DNA of 64,000 bases. It comes from an uncultured Eubacteriales bacterium. GTDB lineage: Bacteria > Bacillota > Clostridia > Christensenellales > Aristaeellaceae. The notes under the pieces are model-generated. The model was given only the letters and a program-made list of their open reading frames with translations. It did no database searches and was not told the DNA's origin. Positions 9,135-16,833 of this stretch are shown here, piece by piece. Numbering within the stretch: the stretch's first letter is position 1; the number at the start of each line of letters is the position of its first letter. Position numbers and translations under genes: made by a program. The stretch is taken from assembly GCA_902761825.1 (NCBI GenBank), contig CACWLY010000002.1, positions 22,912 to 86,911 on the forward strand, given 5' to 3'.

Positions 9135-9372
9135 TACTATGCTTCTAAGAGCCAATTCCCGAAGGGTGAAATAAAAGCAGAGAAGGAAACGTTAGGGCCT
9201 ACGCGATCCGGGGCCTTCCGGCCCGCCCTCGCTGTTCGCTTGCGCTGGCCGAAGGCCAGGATTTTGATCCACTGGATCAACCCGCGCTTCCCGCAGGGAG
9301 TAGCGCGGGGCGAGTCAAAAGAAAGCGCGTTTTCCTTCCCTGTTTCGCGGAAATTCGGCAATTTTAGTCTTA
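9135..9372 (+). repeat. Family B GC-rich structured repeat, copy B1
   Basis: Starts TACTAT 9 nt after the channel stop codon. The core (about 9186-9262) is shared with 26609-26690 in the same orientation and with 27040-27110 in reverse orientation. Confidence 0.6.
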
Positions 9373-9553
9373 TACTATTCTCAATCTAAAATCTTATGAT
9401 CTATGGGTGTCTTTTCCGTCTTGGCGTTGATTCATTCCGGTCAACGTAGCGCTGCTACGCCTCCCTCCATTCAGCTTAGCCAGGGCGAAAAATCCATCCC
9501 AAATCTGATAATCTTTTATACTGAGAATATAATCTTTTATACTGAGAATAGTA
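9373..9553 (+). mobile_element. Family A MITE-like element, copy A1 (carries a 21-bp duplication of its right end)
   Basis: Imperfect TIRs TACTATTCTCA... and ...TGAGAATAGTA, with TA at both borders. Differs from 16653-16812 by only 4 substitutions. No coding capacity. Confidence 0.75.
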
Positions 9554-9677
9554 TTAATTCACCATTCAAAGCAGTGGCTTTTAGTAATACAGCAGTATGA
9601 CTTTACATACAATCCATCAACCGATCACCTCCTTTATCTGTACAGACACTGCAAGCGCGTAAATTTTGCGTATATCC

Positions 9678-9713
9678 GAAAAAACCGACCGGGCGCATGG
9701 CTACGGTCGGTTT
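9678..9713 (-). terminator. Intrinsic terminator after the M24 peptidase gene
   Basis: 10-bp stem AAACCGACCG/CGGTCGGTTT, with a U-run on the minus strand (A-run on plus). Confidence 0.75.
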
Positions 9714-9728
9714 AATCAAAAAAGAAGG

Positions 9729-10805
9729 TTACAGTTCGATTTCGGTCAGTTCTCGGGGCGCGTGATTCAGCGTTTCGCAGCCATCCTCGGTTACGGCCAC
9801 CAGATCCTCCACGCGCACGCCGAAGCGGCCGGGCAGATAAATGCCGGGCTCTACGGAAAAGATCATGCCGGGCTTTGCGGGCGTCTCGCTGGACGTGCTG
9901 ACGTCGGGAAACTCATGCACCTCCAGGCCGATGCCGTGGCCGGTGCGATGGATGAAGTATTTCCCGTATCCGGCGCCCTCGATCACCTTGCGCGCGGCGC
10001 GGTCGATCTCCTTCATGAGAACGCCCGGGCGCACGGCGGCGCGTCCCGCGGCGTTGGCGGCGCAGACGAGATCGTATACGCGCTTCTGCTCGTCGCTGGC
10101 TTTCCCGACAAACACGGTACGCGTCATATCGCTGCAATAGCTCTGCCAGGTCAGGCCGACGTCGATGATCACCGAATCGCCCGATTGAAGCTGTGTATTG
10201 TCTGTAATGTGATGCGGCTCCGCGCAGTTCGCGCCGAAGCAGATCAGCGGTTCAAAGCTGGGGCCGGAAGACCCCTGACTGGCTGATTCTTCCAGATAGA
10301 TATCGGCAAGCTGCTTTTCGGTCATTCCGGCGCGGATGCGGCGAATGGCGCGAACGATGCTTTCGTCGTTTTTCCGCGAGCTTTCGCGCATGAGCGTCAG
10401 CTCTTTTTCATCCTTGTACAGCCGCGTCTGATCGATACAGGGAGAGCCGATCACGGGCGTCAGATCGGCGCGGGCCTGCATCAGGCGGATGGTGAAACGG
10501 CTGGGCCAATCCTTGTCGATGCCGATTTTTCCGGGCGACAGATATTTTGCCAGGACGGCGACGCAATCCTCGGTATCGTCGTATTCCACCAGAGGCATTT
10601 CGACGGTCCCGGAAAGAGCGAACAGACGGTTGGCAAAAAGCGTCGCTTCCCCGCTGTCGTTCAGGTATATCGCCACCATGCGCTCGCCCGGAAAGATCCA
10701 TTTGCCCGTCAGGTAGAACATGGAGGCGGGCGCGCTGATCAGCGTTTGATGAAGGCCCATTTCCTTAAGACGTGCGGCAACGCGCGCAATGCGTTCTTTT
10801 TCCAT
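9729..10805 (-). CDS. M24-family Xaa-Pro dipeptidase/aminopeptidase
   Basis: Creatinase-like N-terminal domain. M24 metal-ligand motifs (DVGLTWQSYCSDMTRT, HRTGHGIGLEVHE, VEPGIY...RVED). Confidence 0.85.
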   Translation of the reverse strand: MEKERIARVAARLKEMGLHQTLISAPASMFYLTGKWIFPGERMVAIYLNDSGEATLFANRLFALSGTVEMPLVEYDDTEDCVAVLAKYLSPGKIGIDKDWPSRFTIRLMQARADLTPVIGSPCIDQTRLYKDEKELTLMRESSRKNDESIVRAIRRIRAGMTEKQLADIYLEESASQGSSGPSFEPLICFGANCAEPHHITDNTQLQSGDSVIIDVGLTWQSYCSDMTRTVFVGKASDEQKRVYDLVCAANAAGRAAVRPGVLMKEIDRAARKVIEGAGYGKYFIHRTGHGIGLEVHEFPDVSTSSETPAKPGMIFSVEPGIYLPGRFGVRVEDLVAVTEDGCETLNHAPRELTEIEL

Positions 10806-10814
10806 AGCGCCGCC

Positions 10815-11519
10815 TCAGGGATGCAGCACGGTGCCGCAGCTGTCGCCTTCCAGCACCTTCAGGATATCCTCCGGCTGCGCAAGGCCGAATACGCGCACGG
10901 TTGGGATCGCCTGCTCGGTCAGCATGGCGAAAGCTGCGGTATCCATCACCTTGAGCCGGCGCTCCAGCGCCTCGGCATAGGTCAGGTCGGGGATCAGCTT
11001 GGCATCCGGGTTTTTGCGCGGATCGTCGTCGTATACGCCGTCAATGTTCTTTGCCAGCAGCAGCGCGTCGGCCTTCATTTCCACGGCGCGGAGCACGACG
11101 GCCGTATCGGTGGTAAAGAAGGGATTGCCCGAACCGCCCGCGAAGAAAACGACCTTGCCGTCCTCCATCGCCTGACGGGCGGACTGCACGTTGTACGGCT
11201 CGCAGACGCGGGGCATATCGATGGCGGAAAACACGACGGCCTTCGCGCCAGCGCGCTCCACGGCGTCCCGCATGCACAGGCAGTTGATCACCGTGCCGAG
11301 CATGCCCATATGGTCCGCCGTTACCGCGTCCATATCCTGGGACTGACGCCCGCGCCAGATATTGCCTGCGCCGATCACGACGCCGAGCCCGATGCCTTTA
11401 CGTGCGATTTCGGCCAGGATCTTTCCTACGCGCGTGATCAGCTCCTGATCAAAGAGACGGCCGTTTTCACCCAGCGCTTCGCCGCTGAGCTTCAGGATGA
11501 TTCGCTTATAACTGCTCAT
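10815..11519 (-). CDS. pyrH: UMP kinase
   Basis: Starts MSSYKRIILKLSGEAL. The ATG at 11519 has a GGAGG SD at proper spacing, whereas the TTG at 11531 overlaps the SD. Confidence 0.92.
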   Translation of the reverse strand: MSSYKRIILKLSGEALGENGRLFDQELITRVGKILAEIARKGIGLGVVIGAGNIWRGRQSQDMDAVTADHMGMLGTVINCLCMRDAVERAGAKAVVFSAIDMPRVCEPYNVQSARQAMEDGKVVFFAGGSGNPFFTTDTAVVLRAVEMKADALLLAKNIDGVYDDDPRKNPDAKLIPDLTYAEALERRLKVMDTAAFAMLTEQAIPTVRVFGLAQPEDILKVLEGDSCGTVLHP

Positions 11520-11577
11520 AATCTCCTCCAATGCATGAAAAAAGGCGGACGACAGAGCGTCCGCCCATGATGTGCAA

Positions 11578-12246
11578 TCAGGCTTTCTTGGTCATTTCGG
11601 CGATCTCGGCAGCCAGGTCGCTCTGCTTCTTTTCGATGCCCTCGCCCAGCTGATAACGGACGAAACGACGGATGGTGGTCTTTTCGCCGGTGGCCAGGGT
11701 GGCTTCCTGCAGAAGCTGCTGGATGGTGATGTCGGGATTCTTTACGAAGGGCTGGTCCAGCAGGCAGATTTCCTTGCAGAACTTCTCGATGCGGCCGTCC
11801 ACGATCTTTTCGATGATGGCTTCGGGCTTCTTGCTGTTCTTTTCGTCGTTCATGACCTGCTCGCGGGCGATGCGGCGCTCTTCTTCCAGACGCGCGGCGG
11901 GGATCTCGTCCTTGCTCACGTATTCGGGAGCGGCGGCGGCGATGTGCATAGCCACGTCATGGCACAGATTCTTGAAGGTATCGGTCTTGCCGACAAAGTC
12001 GGTCTCGCAGTTGATCTCAACCAGCACGCCGATCTTGCCGCCCATGTGGATGTAGCTGTCCACGGCGCCCTCGGCAGCGATGCGGCCGCTCTTCTTGTTG
12101 GCGGCAGCCAGTCCCTTTTCACGCAGGTATTCAACGGCGGCTTCCATGTTGCCATTGCTTTCGACCAGCGCTTTTTTGCAGTCCATCATACCGGCCTGGG
12201 TGCGCTCGCGCAGCTCCTTGACCATTGCAGCAGTTACTTCAGCCAT
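11578..12246 (-). CDS. tsf: Elongation factor Ts (short form)
   Basis: UBA-like N-terminus [19 protein letters not shown]. Standard rpsB-tsf-pyrH order. Confidence 0.92.
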   Translation of the reverse strand: MAEVTAAMVKELRERTQAGMMDCKKALVESNGNMEAAVEYLREKGLAAANKKSGRIAAEGAVDSYIHMGGKIGVLVEINCETDFVGKTDTFKNLCHDVAMHIAAAAPEYVSKDEIPAARLEEERRIAREQVMNDEKNSKKPEAIIEKIVDGRIEKFCKEICLLDQPFVKNPDITIQQLLQEATLATGEKTTIRRFVRYQLGEGIEKKQSDLAAEIAEMTKKA

Positions 12247-12282
12247 AAGGGGGATACCTCCTGTTATTTAATAATGAAAGAA

Positions 12283-13017
12283 TTATTCGGCATCGTCGGC
12301 TTCGGCGGGAGCGGCTTCTTCTTCGCCGTCCTGGGAACCCTGCTTGCCTTCTAGCACGGCGTCGGCCAGCTTGCCGGCGATCAGCTTGACCGCGCGGATG
12401 GCGTCGTCGTTGCCGGGGATGACGTAATCGATCTCGTCGGGATCGCAGTTGGTGTCGACGATGGCCACGATCGGGATACCCAGCGCGCGGGCTTCAGCCA
12501 CGGCGATGTGTTCCTTGCGGGGGTCGACGACGAACAGCGCGCCGGGCAGGCCCTTCATTTCGCGGATGCCGCCCAGGTTGGTCAGCAGCTTTTCACGCTC
12601 GCGCTGCAGCTTGATGACTTCCTTCTTGGGCAGCACGTCGAACTGACCGTTCTGCTCCATGCGGTCGATCTGGTTGAGGCGATCGATACGGGTCTTGATG
12701 GTCTTGTAGTTGGTCAGCATGCCGCCCAGCCAGCGGTTGTTCACATAGAACATGTTGCAGCGCTTGGCTTCGCTTTCGATGCTTTCCTGAGCCTGCTTCT
12801 TGGTGCCGACGAACAGGATGGTCTTGCCTTCCATCGCCAGGTTGCGGACGAACATGTACGCTTCGTCGATCTTCTTGACGGTTTTCTGAAGGTCGATGAT
12901 GTAGATGCCGTTGCGTTCGGTGAAGATGTACTGAGCCATCTTCGGGTTCCAGCGGCGGGTCTGGTGACCGAAGTGCACGCCCGCTTCCAGAAGGTGCTTC
13001 ATAGAGATGACAGCCAT
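12283..13017 (-). CDS. rpsB: 30S ribosomal protein S2
   Basis: N-terminus [27 protein letters not shown]. Acidic C-terminal tail. Confidence 0.95.
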   Translation of the reverse strand: MAVISMKHLLEAGVHFGHQTRRWNPKMAQYIFTERNGIYIIDLQKTVKKIDEAYMFVRNLAMEGKTILFVGTKKQAQESIESEAKRCNMFYVNNRWLGGMLTNYKTIKTRIDRLNQIDRMEQNGQFDVLPKKEVIKLQREREKLLTNLGGIREMKGLPGALFVVDPRKEHIAVAEARALGIPIVAIVDTNCDPDEIDYVIPGNDDAIRAVKLIAGKLADAVLEGKQGSQDGEEEAAPAEADDAE

Positions 13018-13119
13018 GGTTTTTCCTCCTTGTTTTTACCACCGCAGGGGATTGAATTGATGCCGGCCAACCCGATCAGGGGCACAAGCGGCATTCCGCC
13101 CGCGTGCGTTATCCGCTCA

Positions 13120-13148
13120 ATTATAGCATAGACGATTTGCCGATGCAA
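13120..13148 (-). promoter_or_regulatory. Putative rpsB promoter (TTGCAT, 17-nt spacer, TGcTATAAT)
   Basis: On the minus strand, -10 is at 13125-13120 and -35 at 13148-13143. The leader would be about 95 nt. Confidence 0.55.
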
Positions 13149-13189
13149 GTCTTTTCCGCAAATAAATGCCAAAAATTTTAAAAAAGTTA

Positions 13190-13218
13190 TTGACAAAACC
13201 CGAAGATTTTAGTATCAT
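13190..13218 (+). promoter_or_regulatory. Putative rplM promoter (TTGACA, 17-nt spacer, TATCAT) followed by a leader of about 110 nt
   Basis: Consensus -35 at 13190-13195 and -10 at 13213-13218. The leader could be an r-protein L13-type autoregulatory leader, but this is not verified. Confidence 0.55.
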
Positions 13219-13337
13219 ATTCGGTGCATCAATGGACTCCGCTAGCCCCGGAAGCTGTTGAACACCGGGTGGAGCATGCTGACCATCATGCGAAGCCAAC
13301 AAAGAATTGTTTTGATTTTGTCAAGGAGGAACTGCAC

Positions 13338-13772
13338 TTGAATACCTTTATGGCAAATGCGCAGAACGTTGAGCGCAAGTGGTATGTCGTTGATGCTGAC
13401 GGCATGGTGCTTGGACGCCTGGCCACCCAGGTTGCGAATATTCTTCGCGGTAAGACCAAGCCCATTTACACCCCCCATGTGGATACGGGTGACTATGTGA
13501 TCATCATTAACGCCGATAAGGCGATCCTGACCGGCAAGAAGCTGGATCAGAAGGTATACTATCATCACAGCGGTTACGCGGGCGGCCTCAAGGAGACCAA
13601 GTACCGCAACCTGATGGCTGAAAAGCCCGAATTCGCTGTGCGCCATGCTATCGAGGGCATGCTGCCCAAGGGCCCCCTGGGCCGCAAGATGGCCAAGAAA
13701 CTGTTCGTGTACGCGGGCGCCGAGCATCCCCATGCCGCGCAGAAGCCCGAAGTCTGCGAGCTGACCAAGTAA
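13338..13772 (+). CDS. rplM: 50S ribosomal protein L13
   Basis: TTG start 7 nt after AAGGAGGA. Product begins (M)[19 protein letters not shown]. Confidence 0.93.
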   Translation: MNTFMANAQNVERKWYVVDADGMVLGRLATQVANILRGKTKPIYTPHVDTGDYVIIINADKAILTGKKLDQKVYYHHSGYAGGLKETKYRNLMAEKPEFAVRHAIEGMLPKGPLGRKMAKKLFVYAGAEHPHAAQKPEVCELTK

Positions 13773-13793
13773 GGCGGAAGGAGTTAAACATTC

Positions 13794-14180
13794 ATGGCTA
13801 ATGATTTCAATGCTGTTGGCCGCCGCAAGTCCGCTGTGGCCCGCGTCCGTCTGGTTCCCGGCGATGGCAAGATCGTCATCAACGGCCGCGACATCGACAA
13901 CTACTTCGGTTATGAAACCCTGAAAATGACCGTTCGTCAGCCCATCGTTCTGACCAAGGTGTCCGGTTACGACTTCATGGTCAACGTGAACGGCGGCGGT
14001 TTCACCGGCCAGGCCGGCGCTATCCGTCACGGCATCAGCCGCGCCCTGTGCAAGGCCAATCCCGACCTGCGCGGCGATCTGAAAAAGGCTGGTTTCCTGA
14101 CCCGTGATCCTCGCATGAAGGAACGCAAGAAGTACGGCCTGAAGGCCGCCCGCCGCGCTCCCCAGTTCAGCAAGCGCTGA
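13794..14180 (+). CDS. rpsI: 30S ribosomal protein S9
   Basis: Contains [10 protein letters not shown] and ends ...[10 protein letters not shown]. Confidence 0.95.
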   Translation: MANDFNAVGRRKSAVARVRLVPGDGKIVINGRDIDNYFGYETLKMTVRQPIVLTKVSGYDFMVNVNGGGFTGQAGAIRHGISRALCKANPDLRGDLKKAGFLTRDPRMKERKKYGLKAARRAPQFSKR

Positions 14181-14197
14181 TTTCTATCAAGTATATC

Positions 14198-14230
14198 AAA
14201 ACCCTGTGCTGTTTCCGGCGCGGGGTTTTT
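14198..14230 (+). terminator. Intrinsic terminator after rpsI
   Basis: Stem CCCTGTGC/GCGCGGGG flanked by AAAA and TTTTT. Confidence 0.7.
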
Positions 14231-14327
14231 GTATGAAAAATTTTTTTCGGATTTTTTTCATTTTTTTTGTAACGAATCCGTTCTTTGCGCGTCTAATCGA
14301 CGAGTCAGGCAGAAAGGAGGTGAAAAT

Positions 14328-14813
14328 GTGGCTCAGGACAGAAACGAGAAGCTGTACGAAACGTATTACATGCGGGTGTTTTCCTACGTTATGACGCTTG
14401 CTGGAAACAAGACGCTGGCAGAGGAGATCACGCAGGAAACCTTTTACCGGGCGTTTTCCAGGCAGAGCGCGTTCCGCGGGGAATCGGATGAAGCGACATG
14501 GCTCTGCGCGATCGCGAAAAACTGTTTTCTGGATGAAAAGCGCAGGCGAAGCAAGAGCGAGCCGATGCCCGAAGAGATAGCGGATACGGGAAAGAGCATC
14601 GAGCAAAGCGCTGTGGACCGGGACACCTCCTTCCGGATCCATATGGCGCTTCACGCGCTGGAGGAACCGTACCGCGAAGCGTTCGAGCTGCGCGTTTTCG
14701 GAGAACTGAGCTTCCGGGAGATCGGAATGATCTTTGGAAAAACCGAAAACTGGGCCAGGGTCACATATCACCGCGCCAGGCTCAAGCTACAGGAAAGGAT
14801 GGGCGAAGAATGA
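14328..14813 (+). CDS. ECF-type RNA polymerase sigma factor
   Basis: GTG start 7 nt after AAAGGAGG. Region 2 (EEITQETFYRAF) and region 4 (SFREIGMIFGKTENWARVTYHRARLKL). Confidence 0.85.
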   Translation: MAQDRNEKLYETYYMRVFSYVMTLAGNKTLAEEITQETFYRAFSRQSAFRGESDEATWLCAIAKNCFLDEKRRRSKSEPMPEEIADTGKSIEQSAVDRDTSFRIHMALHALEEPYREAFELRVFGELSFREIGMIFGKTENWARVTYHRARLKLQERMGEE

Positions 14814-15547
14814 AAGACGAATGTGACGTGATTCGCGATCTGCTGCCGCTCTACGCGGACGACGCGTGCAGCGCGAAGAGCCGCGAATTGGTGCGCGAGC
14901 ATTTGCTGGATTGCGCGGAATGTCGGGCCGTGCTGCTGAATCTGCAAAAAAACGAAATCGAAGACCGGCTGAAGAGCGAAAAGCGCGATGTGATCAAATA
15001 CGGGGAAAAGCGCTTCAAAAGGCGTTCCGCAACGGTCGGTTCCGTGATATCGGGGATCTTCATGATCCCGATCCTGGTCTGCCTGATCGTCAACCGCGCT
15101 TCCGGCCATTCGCTGGACTGGTTTTTTATCGTATTGGCTTCCCTCTGCGTCGCGGCTTCGCTGATCATTGTGCCGCTGATGGCTTCGGAGGATAAAGCGT
15201 TCTGGACGCTCTGCTCGTTTACCGCCAGCCTGATGCTGCTGCTTGCCGTAACCTGCGTTTATTCGCGCGGCAACTGGTTTTTTATCGCCGCGGGCGCGTC
15301 GCTGTTTGGCCTGAGCGTCGTTTTCCTGCCCTTCGCGATCCGGGCCAGGCCGCTGCAGAAGGTGACCGACGGCAGAAATAAAACGCTGATCGTGCTCGGA
15401 ACGGATGCGATTCTGTTTGCCAATATGATGGCGATGATATTTGCCAGGGGCAGGCTCACGCTCAGCACCGGCCTGTTTACCGCCGTGATCATCGCGTGCG
15501 CGGGCTGGATCGTGAAGGAACTTCCGTGGAAAAAGGAGGAGAAATAA
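14810..15547 (+). CDS. Zinc-finger (zf-HC2) anti-sigma factor, multi-pass membrane protein
   Basis: ATGA overlap with the sigma gene. N-terminal H-x3-C-x2-C motif (HLLDCAECR). About 6 TM segments. Confidence 0.8.
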   Translation: MKDECDVIRDLLPLYADDACSAKSRELVREHLLDCAECRAVLLNLQKNEIEDRLKSEKRDVIKYGEKRFKRRSATVGSVISGIFMIPILVCLIVNRASGHSLDWFFIVLASLCVAASLIIVPLMASEDKAFWTLCSFTASLMLLLAVTCVYSRGNWFFIAAGASLFGLSVVFLPFAIRARPLQKVTDGRNKTLIVLGTDAILFANMMAMIFARGRLTLSTGLFTAVIIACAGWIVKELPWKKEEK

Positions 15548-15548
15548 T

Positions 15549-16544
15549 ATGAAAAACAGCATTCCGGTTAAGGTTGTATCGGTATTTTGCATCGTCGCGA
15601 TGATTTTTGCGCTGGCTGTCGGCCTGAACTTCATGATGGGGACCGCTCTGGCCGAAAAGTACAACGTCGGCAACGCCGAGATCGGCGAGCCGGTAAAGAA
15701 CCTGGAAATCGACTGGACGAACGGAAAGGTCGCGATCGCCTATCATTCCGGAAACACGGTGATCATCAGCGAAACGGCCGATAAGACGATCAAGGACAGC
15801 GAGAAAATGCGCTGGCTGCTGGACGGCGATACGCTCCGGATCAAATATGAAAAACCGGGCGCATTCCATCTGTTCTCGAGCCTCAGTAAGGAACTGACGG
15901 TCACGCTGCCCGAAGGCTTCGCTTTTGATAAGGCGGAAATCCACGCCACTTCCGGCGATCTGGACATTCCCGCGATACAGGCGGATAAATTGGAACTCAA
16001 GGTGACGTCGGGCAACATCCGCGCGGAAGTGAGGGCGAGGAAGATCAAAGCGAATCTGACCTCCGGCGATATGGGGATCAGGATTGCGGAGAAAGCCGAC
16101 GAAATCGATGTTTCCGCTACCTCCGGAAACATCACGATGGAAGCCGTTAATGCGGATAAAGTGCGGATCGACACGACCTCCGGCGATATACGCGCCGCGA
16201 TCAAGTACGCGGACGGGATCCGGATCAGCTTCACCTCGGGCAGCGTGGATACGGTGATCGGGGAAGCGAACAAGGCGGAGGTCGAAACCACCAGCGGGAA
16301 GATCAATGTGGAAGCCGCCGCGCTGCGCGAACTGGCGGTGCGCTCCACGTCGGGCGACGTAACGGCGCTGCTGCCCTCCGAACCCGGATTTACCGCCCGC
16401 GTCAAAACGAGCAGCGGGGATATCGAGCACCAGCAGGCGCTTGCGAAAAAGGACGGCGTCTACGTATGCGGAGACGGATCGGGCAAGGTCGATATCAAAA
16501 CCACTTCCGGCGATATCGCAATCAACATTCTGGAAAAGAAATGA
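15549..16544 (+). CDS. DUF4097-type beta-helical repeat protein, N-terminally membrane anchored
   Basis: About ten (T/S)SG(D/N)(I/V) repeats spaced roughly 20-24 aa apart. Third gene of the sigma/anti-sigma operon. Confidence 0.8.
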   Translation: MKNSIPVKVVSVFCIVAMIFALAVGLNFMMGTALAEKYNVGNAEIGEPVKNLEIDWTNGKVAIAYHSGNTVIISETADKTIKDSEKMRWLLDGDTLRIKYEKPGAFHLFSSLSKELTVTLPEGFAFDKAEIHATSGDLDIPAIQADKLELKVTSGNIRAEVRARKIKANLTSGDMGIRIAEKADEIDVSATSGNITMEAVNADKVRIDTTSGDIRAAIKYADGIRISFTSGSVDTVIGEANKAEVETTSGKINVEAAALRELAVRSTSGDVTALLPSEPGFTARVKTSSGDIEHQQALAKKDGVYVCGDGSGKVDIKTTSGDIAINILEKK

Positions 16545-16563
16545 TTTCTCGCGGACGCGCGCA

Positions 16564-16616
16564 AACGGCTGCGGACAGGCATGATTCTTGACATGCCCGT
16601 TCGCAGCCGTTATGAT
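16564..16616 (+). promoter_or_regulatory. 20-bp-arm hairpin (16564-16611) with an embedded near-consensus promoter (TTGACA 16588-16593, 17-nt spacer, TATGAT 16611-16616)
   Basis: The arms AACGGCTGCGGACAGGCATG and CATGCCCGTTCGCAGCCGTT match at 18 of 20 positions. It may terminate the upstream operon as well as drive the downstream transporter. Confidence 0.5.
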
Positions 16617-16652
16617 ATTGCCATCCTGTTTTTGACTGAGAGCGACGTTTAA

Positions 16653-16812
16653 TACTATTCTCAATCTAAAATCTTATCATCTTTGGGTGTCTTTTCCGTC
16701 TTGGCGTTGCTTTATTCCGGTCAACGTAGCGCTGCTACGCCTCCCTCCATTCAGCTTAGCCAGGGCGAAAAATCCATCCCAAATCTGATAATCTTTTATA
16801 CTGAGAATAGTA
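16653..16812 (+). mobile_element. Family A MITE-like element, copy A2 (canonical 160 bp)
   Basis: Same TIRs and TA borders as A1. Lies between the promoter at 16588-16616 and the transporter start. Confidence 0.75.
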
Positions 16813-16833
16813 GCTGAGGCGCTGAAGACCATA

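Noticed and set aside
9508-9549. Possible CRISPR array or tandem-repeat locus.
   Set aside because: There are only two adjacent 21-bp units with no spacers. This is a duplication of the MITE terminus, and no CRISPR-like repeat-spacer periodicity occurs anywhere in the window.
9137-9600. ORFs running through the repeats (9137-9361 minus, 9403-9600 plus, 16677-16916 minus, 26624-27064 minus) that share the peptide RSAATPPSIQLSQGEKSIPNLIIFYTEN.
   Set aside because: The shared peptide is just the translated repeat DNA. The frames begin and end at different points in each copy, there is no SD, and the copy at 26866-26957 is truncated. This is consistent with non-coding elements.
16631-16660. Hybrid promoter formed at the left MITE junction (TTGACT ... 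TACTAT).
   Set aside because: The spacer is only 15 nt, and a much better promoter (TTGACA-17-TATGAT) lies 40 bp upstream.
16774-16812. Outward-facing promoter in the right MITE end (TATACT) driving the transporter.
   Set aside because: There is no acceptable -35 and no TG extension at the right distance.
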